Shown one piece after another: positions 30,315 to 39,095 of a stretch of DNA of 64,000 nucleotides. Each line of letters begins with the position of its first letter. The first letter of the stretch is position 1. Source of the stretch: an uncultured bacterium (GTDB lineage: Bacteria; CAYUVA01). The notes beneath the pieces were generated by a model that worked only from the letters and a program-made list of their open reading frames with translations, ran no database searches and was not told where the DNA came from. Position numbers and translations under genes: made by a program. Location: positions 1 through 64,000 of the forward strand of contig CAYUVA010000003.1 in assembly GCA_964448115.1 (NCBI GenBank). The letters run 5' to 3'.

Positions 30315-31748
30315 CTACTTGACATATCCAAGGTTTCTGAGGAGTTCTATTGCGCTTGGGCTTTGATCTCGATGTTTTTGCGGGGGTAATTGGAGGCTAT
30401 TCATCCAGGCTTCCAATTCCTTTACTAACCTCTCATCCTGTTTTCCGGTCGCTTTCCTGCGGGGGCGTTTTTCCTGGGCATCCTTTTTTAGATTATAGAT
30501 CCTTTGTTGAGAGCCGACCAGTATGGTTTCCAGTTGATCAAAAGTTGGTATGCACCTGCCCTTTATTATCTTGAGATTCTCATTCCTGACCGACACCATG
30601 CCTTCGCCTGTATCAGAGAAAGCCAGAAGATCGTCTGGTATATTATCAAGATTCAAAAGGTCCAAAGAAATACCTCTCATATTAGTCCCTTCATGCTCGA
30701 TACCCAAGTAATGCAAGACGGTAGGCATGATATCCATTGATCGAACCAAACGATTGCAGAGGCGACCACCAGGTAACCGGGACGGGAAATAGAACACAAG
30801 AGGGACATGTATGACCTCGTCATACAAAAAAGAGCGGTGCTCAAAGGCGCGCTCATGATTTGCAAGATTCTCGCCGTGATCCGAAGTAAGCACTACCAGC
30901 GTGTTATCCAAGTACCCTTGTCTCTTTAAGAAGCGAAACAAGCGGCTTAGGTGGTAATCGGTGAAGTTGACCTCATCGGCATACAGGGTTCTTTGTTTTT
31001 CTATCTCCTTGTTTGGAGAGAAAAAGCGGGGCTGATCGGTAAGCCTGATATTCTCGAATTCAAGGCTTTGGATATGCCTTCGCGGTGCGTAAGGCTTGTG
31101 GGGGTCGAAGTAATGCAACCACAGAAAGAAGCGATCCTTGTTCTGCCTTGGGAAATGATCTTGCAGCCATCTGATGCCCTGATCGGTTACCTCGGATGCT
31201 TCTTTATGATCAAATCCCTTGGGCACATTATCTTCCCGGTCAACCAACATAAACTCGGAGGTGCTATAGACCGGCGTCGCGAAGACCTCATCTATTTGCT
31301 CGTCGGTTATGGGAGCGTTGTAAAACTCGAATCCCTGGATCAGTCCGCTTAAATGTCGATGGGAAAGGATTGCAGTGGTAACTGCTGCGGTCGCATAACC
31401 ATTGGAGTGCAATATCTCAGCCAGGGTTAAGCACTGTTCGTTCATGCGATAGATATTATGCGGAGCGCCATGTTCCTGCGGGTACAGAGAGGTGAATATG
31501 GTACCATGCGAGGGTATGGTGATGCAGGACTGGCTAAAGGTATTGGTGAAAACAATCCCGCGCCGGCACAGCTCATCCAGCGTGGGTGTATAAATATCCC
31601 GTTTTCCGTAGTAGCCAATGTGATCTGCGCGCAAGGTATCAATGGTTATGACCAGAAGATTTGGCTCGGAGTTTATGTTCATCGCCAGGGAGGCAAGCAT
31701 TGTTATCAAAATGATAGGCAGCAAGGCTTTTATGAACTTACTTGACAT
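30315..31748 (-). CDS. Sulfatase-like alkaline-phosphatase-superfamily protein (Thr at nucleophile position)
   Basis: NLLVITIDTLRADH, TIPSHGTIFTSLYP, HYFDPH, TSDHGE, LRNLGY; N-terminal signal/anchor. Confidence 0.85.
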   Translation of the reverse strand: MSSKFIKALLPIILITMLASLAMNINSEPNLLVITIDTLRADHIGYYGKRDIYTPTLDELCRRGIVFTNTFSQSCITIPSHGTIFTSLYPQEHGAPHNIYRMNEQCLTLAEILHSNGYATAAVTTAILSHRHLSGLIQGFEFYNAPITDEQIDEVFATPVYSTSEFMLVDREDNVPKGFDHKEASEVTDQGIRWLQDHFPRQNKDRFFLWLHYFDPHKPYAPRRHIQSLEFENIRLTDQPRFFSPNKEIEKQRTLYADEVNFTDYHLSRLFRFLKRQGYLDNTLVVLTSDHGENLANHERAFEHRSFLYDEVIHVPLVFYFPSRLPGGRLCNRLVRSMDIMPTVLHYLGIEHEGTNMRGISLDLLNLDNIPDDLLAFSDTGEGMVSVRNENLKIIKGRCIPTFDQLETILVGSQQRIYNLKKDAQEKRPRRKATGKQDERLVKELEAWMNSLQLPPQKHRDQSPSAIELLRNLGYVK

Positions 31749-31809
31749 AACTTTAATATCCTTACCTTAAACAAGTAGGCAATGCAAACTAGCTAGCTGG
31801 TTCGCTTAT

Positions 31810-33024
31810 TTACCCTAGCGCCTGGCTCATCTGAAGCAGCGGAAGTAAAACCGAGATCACGACAAAGCCTACAATCAAGCCCATCAGCAGGATCATAACC
31901 GGCTCAATGAGGGAAGTGAGCATGGACAGATTATTGTCAAGATCTCCCTCGAATATGCTTGCAGTCTCAAGCAGCATGTCTCCCAGATTTCCTCCCTGTT
32001 CGCCGATATCCACTACATGAATGAGAAGCGAAGGGAAGTACTTGCTGGTTCTCATCGCATCTGCCAGGGACTTTCCACTTATAACCTGTTCCTTGATCCT
32101 GGAAAGTTCATCACGAATAACCATGTTACCGATGACCGCCCGACTGATCTCCAGTGCCGTGGAGAGTGGTATCCCGCTGTTTAACAGCATCCCCAAAGAG
32201 CGACAAAATCGACTGAAATAAAGGTTACCGAGGTAAGCCCTGAGCAGCCTGAAGCTCAGCTTAGCCTTGTCAAGCCTTTTCCTCCCGGCGCCGGTCTTGC
32301 TGTAGCGCTTTAATAAGTAAATCAGTGCTGACAAGATGATAATCAGCACAAACCATGTCTTTTTCAGGAAGCTGCTTATACCGATAAGTATTAGCGTAGG
32401 CAGAGGCAGTTGTAGCTGGGATTCATTGAAGATGCTCACCACGGAGGGTATTACATGAATAAATAAAAATCCGACGACTAACAGCCCTACGATGGCGACC
32501 AATATCGGATATGCCATGGCGCTCCTGATCTTGCTTTTCAGCTCGATTCCCTGCCTGAGAACCTCGGATAGCCTGATGAGAACAATATCGAGTGCACCGC
32601 TGCTCTCCCCTGCCTTGACCATGTTGATATAAAAATCGCTGAAGAGGCTTTTGTGCTTGATCAGCGCCTCGGAGAGGGATTTGCCCCTTTCGATATCCTG
32701 CTTGACCTCTGCTAGCACGCCCTTTAGCTGTTCCGAGATCTCGCCATCTATCATGGCAGAAAGGGATCGAGTTACTGAGAAGCCTGATTTTATAAGCATA
32801 CCCATCTGGCTGGTGATCACGAAAAGTTCGCGTTCTTTGCTGGAGCGACTGGAAAGAAATCCAACGCCAGGCTTGGTCTTTGAGGGTGTATCCTCGAAGA
32901 TATCGGTTAGTGTGACCCCCATCTTCCTTACCTTTTCCCTTGCCGCCGGCATGGAATCAGCATCCACAATCCCTTTTTCGATCTTACCGCTAGGGGAAAT
33001 ACCTTGATATCTGAAGATTGGCAT
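31810..33024 (-). CDS. gspF: Type II secretion / type IV pilus inner-membrane platform protein (GspF/PilC)
   Basis: MPIFRYQG..G, GKSLSEAL, NMVKAGESSGALD, SAMAYP, IGEQGGNL, LIEPVMI. Confidence 0.9.
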   Translation of the reverse strand: MPIFRYQGISPSGKIEKGIVDADSMPAAREKVRKMGVTLTDIFEDTPSKTKPGVGFLSSRSSKERELFVITSQMGMLIKSGFSVTRSLSAMIDGEISEQLKGVLAEVKQDIERGKSLSEALIKHKSLFSDFYINMVKAGESSGALDIVLIRLSEVLRQGIELKSKIRSAMAYPILVAIVGLLVVGFLFIHVIPSVVSIFNESQLQLPLPTLILIGISSFLKKTWFVLIIILSALIYLLKRYSKTGAGRKRLDKAKLSFRLLRAYLGNLYFSRFCRSLGMLLNSGIPLSTALEISRAVIGNMVIRDELSRIKEQVISGKSLADAMRTSKYFPSLLIHVVDIGEQGGNLGDMLLETASIFEGDLDNNLSMLTSLIEPVMILLMGLIVGFVVISVLLPLLQMSQALG

Positions 33025-33039
33025 ATTGACTAGGTGGGG

Positions 33040-33765
33040 TTAGTTGTTCTTGCCTCGCTTGTATAGCCCCAATCGCAATCTCCAACAGATAAGCAGAGCC
33101 TCCCAGACGATGTTGCGTTCCAGTTTGGAGGTGCCGGCGTGGCGATCTACGAATATGATTGGGATCTCTATAAACCTGAAGCCGAGACGGCTGGCTCTAA
33201 AGTTCATCTCAACCTGGAATGCATACCCATTGGAATGTATAGAATCTAGATCGATCGTCTCCAGGACATGGCGCCGGAAACACTTGAAGCCAGAGGTTAC
33301 ATCCTGCAAGGGAACGCCGGTTACCCACCTGGCGTAAAAGTTCGCCGAGTAGCTTAGGATAAGGCGCCTTAGCGGCCAGTTAACTACGCTGATGCCATTT
33401 ATGTAGCGGGAGCCGACTACGATATCGCAGTGTTGTATCTTGTCCAGCATTTCTGGTATCCGCTGTGGATTATGTGAAAAATCCGCATCCATCTCGATGA
33501 TATACTTGACATCAGGATTAGCAAGTGCGTGCTTGAAGGCGGTGATATAGGCAGTTCCCAATCCCATCTTGGCTGGGCGATGTATTACCTGTATGCGCTC
33601 ATCGGTACGAGCCATCTCCTCGACCAGCTTGCCGGTGCCATCCGGCGAGTTATCATCGATAACGATAATTGTAAAAGGCATATCGATAGGCTGCTGCATT
33701 ATCTCAGGAATTATCTTGGTTATGTTGTCCGCCTCGTTGTAGGTCGGTATGACAATTGCGAGCAT
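33040..33765 (-). CDS. Polyprenol monophosphomannose synthase (DPM1/Ppm1-like GT2)
   Basis: IPTYNEADN, DDNSPDGTG, GLGTAY, EMDADFSH, GSRY, DVTSGFKCF, GYAFQVE. Confidence 0.9.
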   Translation of the reverse strand: MLAIVIPTYNEADNITKIIPEIMQQPIDMPFTIIVIDDNSPDGTGKLVEEMARTDERIQVIHRPAKMGLGTAYITAFKHALANPDVKYIIEMDADFSHNPQRIPEMLDKIQHCDIVVGSRYINGISVVNWPLRRLILSYSANFYARWVTGVPLQDVTSGFKCFRRHVLETIDLDSIHSNGYAFQVEMNFRASRLGFRFIEIPIIFVDRHAGTSKLERNIVWEALLICWRLRLGLYKRGKNN

Positions 33766-33768
33766 GGC

Positions 33769-36315
33769 TCAATCTCTTCCTTTGATAGTAGTTATGACAG
33801 TCAAGGAAACTATTATTACCAGCGCGACAACAGTCAAGCACCAGCCTATCTTCGCATCCAGCGGCTCAAAGACCATCTCGATCCGGTGATCGCCAGGTGG
33901 CAGGTTCAGGGCGCGAAGCGCATAATTCACCCGATAGATCGGCCTCTTGCTGCCGTTTACATAAGCCTTCCATCCCGGATACCAGATCTCGGAGAATACA
34001 ACCAGTCCGTGATCTTGCAGTTGCGCCCGTGCAGTCAACCTGTCTGGCTCAAAGCTGGTAATTTCAGCTCTGCCGTTAAGCTGTGCTCCCCGCCTAGGAT
34101 CGGGCAATCTTAGGCTGGCAGGAAATCGATCATGAAACACGACCACCTCTTCAGGATCATAATCCGGATGGGATAGCACCTTGAGCGCCGAGTCCTTGTC
34201 GGTTGCGTTGTAGGCATTGTAGCATACCCAAACCCGCGGCTGGTAGGCGGTATTATAATAGATCAAGAAATTCCTCTCCAAGATCAATCGATATTTCCTC
34301 AGATATTTATACTCCTTCTTGCCCTTGTAGTACTCATGGAAGATATTGGTCGCCGTGTTGGGCAGCACCAGGTATTTGCAGTTCAGCATTTCACCAACCG
34401 AATTGAACTGGCTGAAGCTGGAGATCAGGTCTTTATAGTAACTAAGGAAAGCTGCATGATAACCGGTAAGGCTGTGGATGCCGTGAAGCATATACTCGTT
34501 GGGGTAACGCTCCACGCGACTGGAAAATACCCTGAAAAGCTCCTCGTTGTCCTTAAGCAGTATGGGGATGGCATTGGTCGGTTGATAATACTCCTTCAAG
34601 TCCTTCTTATCCACCGCAATAATGAACTGGCTATTCAGACTCCAAAGGTCGATAATCATAAACAGGATGACAGCTATCTGCAGCCCTATACTCGCATTTT
34701 TAGCTTTATCTTTATCAATTAGCAATCCACGAACCAATATGATCAATGTTGCAAGCGATAAAAGCAGCAAAGCTAAAAATGCTTTTGAAAGAAAATAGCT
34801 GATTCGATGGGGAAGCTCCTGCACCTGCCCCTGTATCATCTTCAATATTAAAGGCGATTGTCGCCATAGAATCACCAGGTTATCCCGAGCAAGCCATAGA
34901 ATCCCAAAGATTACAAACAACAAGGCAATGCCAACGAACATATACTTGCAAAAGCGAAGCAGCCTTGTTTTATCTTCTTTACTTGCCATGTAAAACAGGC
35001 TCTCGAAGCCAAGCCCGACAAGGCAGGCGGTGGCAAACACTGCCATGGTAAAGATCATAAGCGGTACCCGGAACATCGAGAATCCGGGTATCAACCAATA
35101 GACAAGCTTATATATCGGAGTGTACTTGCCCATTGCTAGGATTATTATCCCCATAGTGGTCCAAGAGAAAAATCTTACATAATAGGAACGCTTGAAAAAT
35201 ATGGAGAACAATATTAAAACAACCGGCATCGCTCCCAGGTACTCCAGTGCCTGGCGCAATCCCATTCGCCCCCTGTAGGGCAGCACCCGTTTTGTATCCT
35301 GTCCGAAGGACTCCTCCATCTTCCAACCAAACGGATTGCGTATGAACAAACCGAGCAGCTCTTCTGGGGGCAGAGACCAAGAGGTGGCGAACTTCCATTT
35401 ATCCGCCGAGTCTTTGGCATCCTTATCACCACCGCGAATACTGTAGTTCTTGTAAACATAGTTAGGCAGGAAAGTGTTGGCAGCCAGCATCCCGCCCAAT
35501 ATCAGCGCACCGACGAAGAAGGCAGCTAAAATTAAAGCATTTCGCCTTTGCTTGATATCTAGTGCTTGGGGCAGAAGCCTGTATATCAGGTAAAAGCCGT
35601 ATAGTAAAAGACTGTAGTAAAGCACCTGAGGATGCCTGTTTAGATATTGCAGTCCGATAACCACTCCGAACCATACGAAGTAGATTGGCTTTCTGGTATC
35701 CAATCCCCGGCTCAAGAAAAAGAAGCCAAAGGGGACATGGCAGGCGACCACGATCTTGGAGCCATGCCCAGGATATACCCGGCTGATAAGAAAATTGGAG
35801 AAAGCGAAGCTGATGGCTCCTGCAAATGCCGATAGCCTGGCGCAACCGATGCCCTTGAGAAAAACATATATGCCAAGACCGCCTAGCATAAGATAAAAAA
35901 TAAGGTAGGAGCTGGAGGGCAGCTTGATATCGAGAATCCTGAAAGGATATATCAACATGTCAAAAGGGGTGATGTTCAGTGAAAATGATGCCTTGAAGGG
36001 CATTCCGCTGAAGATGTAAGGATTCCAGCCGGGGAGTCTAAAATGCTGGTTGAAATAACTCCAGCCAAAGCGACTGAAGATGGAAGCCTGGGAAAAAGTA
36101 TCGGTGCCGAAAAGGGTCTTGTTTGTGGGCATGGTCTCCCAAAACAACAGTATCATTAGCACAAGAAGGATAGCAACCAGCAGCCAGTCCTTCTTGGAGA
36201 ACCTCACCGGGTATGATGGGGAGCAGGTGGCAAACTGCTGTTCTCTGCGCATTTTTCCCTTTTTTACTGCCGCTTTCCGCCCTGACTGTTGCTTCTTTGT
36301 CTTTCCTCTGGTCAA
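33769..36315 (-). CDS. YfhO-family GT-C membrane glycosyltransferase
   Basis: PGWNPYIFSGMPF, multi-TM core, FRVP, C-terminal SEIWYPGWKAYVNG..NYALRAL.LPPGDHRIEMVFEP; 3 bp upstream of the Ppm synthase. Confidence 0.85.
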   Translation of the reverse strand: MTRGKTKKQQSGRKAAVKKGKMRREQQFATCSPSYPVRFSKKDWLLVAILLVLMILLFWETMPTNKTLFGTDTFSQASIFSRFGWSYFNQHFRLPGWNPYIFSGMPFKASFSLNITPFDMLIYPFRILDIKLPSSSYLIFYLMLGGLGIYVFLKGIGCARLSAFAGAISFAFSNFLISRVYPGHGSKIVVACHVPFGFFFLSRGLDTRKPIYFVWFGVVIGLQYLNRHPQVLYYSLLLYGFYLIYRLLPQALDIKQRRNALILAAFFVGALILGGMLAANTFLPNYVYKNYSIRGGDKDAKDSADKWKFATSWSLPPEELLGLFIRNPFGWKMEESFGQDTKRVLPYRGRMGLRQALEYLGAMPVVLILFSIFFKRSYYVRFFSWTTMGIIILAMGKYTPIYKLVYWLIPGFSMFRVPLMIFTMAVFATACLVGLGFESLFYMASKEDKTRLLRFCKYMFVGIALLFVIFGILWLARDNLVILWRQSPLILKMIQGQVQELPHRISYFLSKAFLALLLLSLATLIILVRGLLIDKDKAKNASIGLQIAVILFMIIDLWSLNSQFIIAVDKKDLKEYYQPTNAIPILLKDNEELFRVFSSRVERYPNEYMLHGIHSLTGYHAAFLSYYKDLISSFSQFNSVGEMLNCKYLVLPNTATNIFHEYYKGKKEYKYLRKYRLILERNFLIYYNTAYQPRVWVCYNAYNATDKDSALKVLSHPDYDPEEVVVFHDRFPASLRLPDPRRGAQLNGRAEITSFEPDRLTARAQLQDHGLVVFSEIWYPGWKAYVNGSKRPIYRVNYALRALNLPPGDHRIEMVFEPLDAKIGWCLTVVALVIIVSLTVITTIKGRD

Positions 36316-36490
36316 GCGCTCAAAGTTCCTTTTAATGATTTCAAGTTTAATATATCATAGACCAAGTTTTATTGTCAGCGATTTTTGATAATGAGTCGAA
36401 GTTATACGAAACAAAGGGCGGGGAAAGAGGGCATTTTAGTGCCTCTATGAATAGCAAAAGAATATTAAATAAGGTCTAAAGTATTCTCTC

Positions 36491-38671
36491 ATGTCTCGGT
36501 GGGAAATTATAATACCAGCCATCCTATTCGCACTGATTTTCTATTCTCTTTTCGTGCCTAAGTTCACCAGCGACGGAAATGCATACTACCAGTACCTTCG
36601 TACAGTCGCCCTGGATGGCGATTTGAACTTCTACAATGATCGATTCTATGGTGAGAAGCCTGATATCGCCATACTCGATGTAGCTGCCGCTGAGACCAGC
36701 AAGGCGGTTACCGGATACGCACCCAATGCCTTTGCTATGGGCACCTCTATCTCCTGGATCCCGTTTTTCTCCGTAGTCCATCTGTTTATCAATATGCTAA
36801 ACATCTTGGATATTCAGATAGTGGCAGATGGTTACTCTTATCCTTATCTTTTGTTTCTTTGTTGGGGTTCTGCAACCTACGCACTGATTGGTATAATCTT
36901 ATTATACTGCCTGTTAAGGAGATATTTCACTCTTGGCGCAAGTCTATTCGCAATAATTTGCATTCTGTATGGCACACAGTTAAGCGGTGCTGTCCTTCTC
37001 GACACAACGCTATCACACTGCTTTTCATTCTTCTCGGTTGTTTTGTTTTTTTATCTTTGGCTCACCTTAAGGGATGATCTCAGGGTAACTAGTTACATGC
37101 TCATCGGAATTGCTGCTGGTCTCATGGTTATCGCCAGGTGGCAGAATTCGGTCTTTTTGCTGATCGTGTTGCTGTATGCGATAAAGCAAGTTCCTTCGGC
37201 TATAAATCAGGGATCTTTCCCCCTCAAGCGTTTAGTATTTTCTTACCTGTGGTTTGGCATAGCCCTGGTAATCATATTTTCTCCCAACATGCTCTACTGG
37301 CTGCATATCTATGGTAGTGCATTAACTATTCCACAGGGCGGAGGCTCTCTGCTTTGGTTTAAGCCGGCAATATATAAGGTGCTTTTTAGCGGCGACCACG
37401 GCTTGTTCAGTTGGCATCCAATCAACATTCTCGGCTTGGCTGGATTGCTGTTAATGATAAAGCGCCGAACCTTTCTGGCAGCTACATTTCTGCTTTGTTT
37501 CCTGATGCAGTTGGAGATCAATGGTGCTTATTATCATTGGGGAGGTGGCAAGGGATTTGGCATGCGACGATTCATCAATACATTGCCATTCATCAGCTTT
37601 GGACTCGCCTCAGCTTACCAGAGTGCATTAGCTTTGGCTAAATCAAGCACGATTTGGCTGCAAAGAGCTAACAAAGATGGCTTTACAATGGTCAAAACTT
37701 GCTTGTCTCATGCACCCTTAGCATTGCTTATCATGGCAGCGATAGTCCTTATTGCCTGGAACATCCTGGTGCTCGGCGAATACTATGCCGGAACCCTGGC
37801 AGGTGATATCCGCGAACAGGAATATAACCACCTGCTGAACAAGCCATGGGAAATCTCGGTAAAACCACTAATAGCTTTATTGGATAACAGCCTCGTACTC
37901 GGTGGATATGCCAGATCCTTTACCGCTGCCTATCGTTTCCCCGTACCTTTCAGGGTGCTATTGAGCATCGGCTTGCTCGCCTGGATACTTGCCATCGTGG
38001 TGACGGTGTGGAACGGATTTGTTAATGAAAAAATACTCAATAGCAAGATATTGAAAATAGTCATTCCAATAGTCATCGGTTTCTTTTTTTTCATAGATGC
38101 AAGTATTATCAAGGCAGGTAGTAACACGCGACTGATATATGAATTCAAGCTCCCCGAATGGCAGCGCGCCGGCTACAAGAATACTGCGCTGTATAAAAAA
38201 CCGCTTACCCTAAGACCATTACGGATCGGCAGAAACTCACCATATCAAGGACGAACCGGAACCGTTGAGATCATCGAAATGGGCAAGCCGATAACTTTCA
38301 ATATTTCCAATGATATGAACTTCAGCTACCTTGAGATTTGCAGTCATCTATGGCCAGATGCCAAGCTAGCACATCACCAGAGGGTCGCAACCGCGAGGAT
38401 AAAGACAGTAGAGCACCAATACCTGGACATTCCGATTCTATATGGCAAGCACACCTATCGGATGCTAACAGTGGATGAACTTGGGAACAAGCCTTCCCAG
38501 CCAGCGGTTGCTCGTATAAAGACCTATGATAATGGCAAGGCTTATGCATACTATAACGCCAGATTATACTTCCCTGAGCCTATTCGTATTAGATCGATAA
38601 CCTTTGAGAATCAAACAGGCGGATGGCACTTCAACCTGGTCGGTTTCGCATTAGGGAGAGAAAGTCTTTAG
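36491..38671 (+). CDS. GT-C-like polytopic membrane protein
   Basis: SDGNAYYQYLRT..DGDLNFYN first loop, LFSGDHGLFSWHP, WGGGKGFGMRRF; soluble C-terminal beta domain. Confidence 0.7.
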   Translation: MSRWEIIIPAILFALIFYSLFVPKFTSDGNAYYQYLRTVALDGDLNFYNDRFYGEKPDIAILDVAAAETSKAVTGYAPNAFAMGTSISWIPFFSVVHLFINMLNILDIQIVADGYSYPYLLFLCWGSATYALIGIILLYCLLRRYFTLGASLFAIICILYGTQLSGAVLLDTTLSHCFSFFSVVLFFYLWLTLRDDLRVTSYMLIGIAAGLMVIARWQNSVFLLIVLLYAIKQVPSAINQGSFPLKRLVFSYLWFGIALVIIFSPNMLYWLHIYGSALTIPQGGGSLLWFKPAIYKVLFSGDHGLFSWHPINILGLAGLLLMIKRRTFLAATFLLCFLMQLEINGAYYHWGGGKGFGMRRFINTLPFISFGLASAYQSALALAKSSTIWLQRANKDGFTMVKTCLSHAPLALLIMAAIVLIAWNILVLGEYYAGTLAGDIREQEYNHLLNKPWEISVKPLIALLDNSLVLGGYARSFTAAYRFPVPFRVLLSIGLLAWILAIVVTVWNGFVNEKILNSKILKIVIPIVIGFFFFIDASIIKAGSNTRLIYEFKLPEWQRAGYKNTALYKKPLTLRPLRIGRNSPYQGRTGTVEIIEMGKPITFNISNDMNFSYLEICSHLWPDAKLAHHQRVATARIKTVEHQYLDIPILYGKHTYRMLTVDELGNKPSQPAVARIKTYDNGKAYAYYNARLYFPEPIRIRSITFENQTGGWHFNLVGFALGRESL

Positions 38672-38684
38672 GTTATATCTTTTA

Positions 38685-38766
38685 CTGGATTCCCGCCTTC
38701 GTGGGAACGACAGTTGGAGGGAAATGCCCGCCCCTTATTTGTCATTCCTGCGCAGGCGGGAATCCA
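38685..38766. repeat. Inverted pair of GGATTCCCGC..GGAATGACA palindromic elements (REP/dRS3-like)
   Basis: CTGGATTCCCGCCTTCGTGGGAACGACA (38685-38712) and TGTCATTCCTGCGCAGGCGGGAATCCA (38740-38766); near-identical copy at 60131. Confidence 0.8.
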
Positions 38767-38841
38767 TCTTGCAACGATAAAATAAGCCAAAGTGAACAGT
38801 ATTAGGCTTGAGGATTGAGGGTTTTTTAACCATCCCGACAA

Positions 38842-38915
38842 GGTCGTGGCTCGGATAGGAGCTGGTCGTGGCTTATATAATCCGAGCCACGACAATCCCT
38901 ATCCGAGCCACGACC
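38842..38915. repeat. Nested inverted repeat (GTCGTGGCT family)
   Basis: GGTCGTGGCTCGGATAGG (38842-38859) / CCTATCCGAGCCACGACC (38898-38915) perfect 18-bp IR enclosing an inner GTCGTGGCT/AGCCACGAC pair. Confidence 0.8.
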
Positions 38916-39095
38916 ATTAGGGAGTGGCCAAAAAAGACCGCTCGCTTACGTTCACTCGCTCGGGAAATAGGGAGTCATTGCTAGGTTTATATATGACACA
39001 CTCTCTCGCCTGCATCGGGACTCGCAGCCACCTATCTCGAAAGGGGATTTTCCCTCACCCCCTCGATAAACTCGGGGCAAGCTCTGAGCCTCTCC

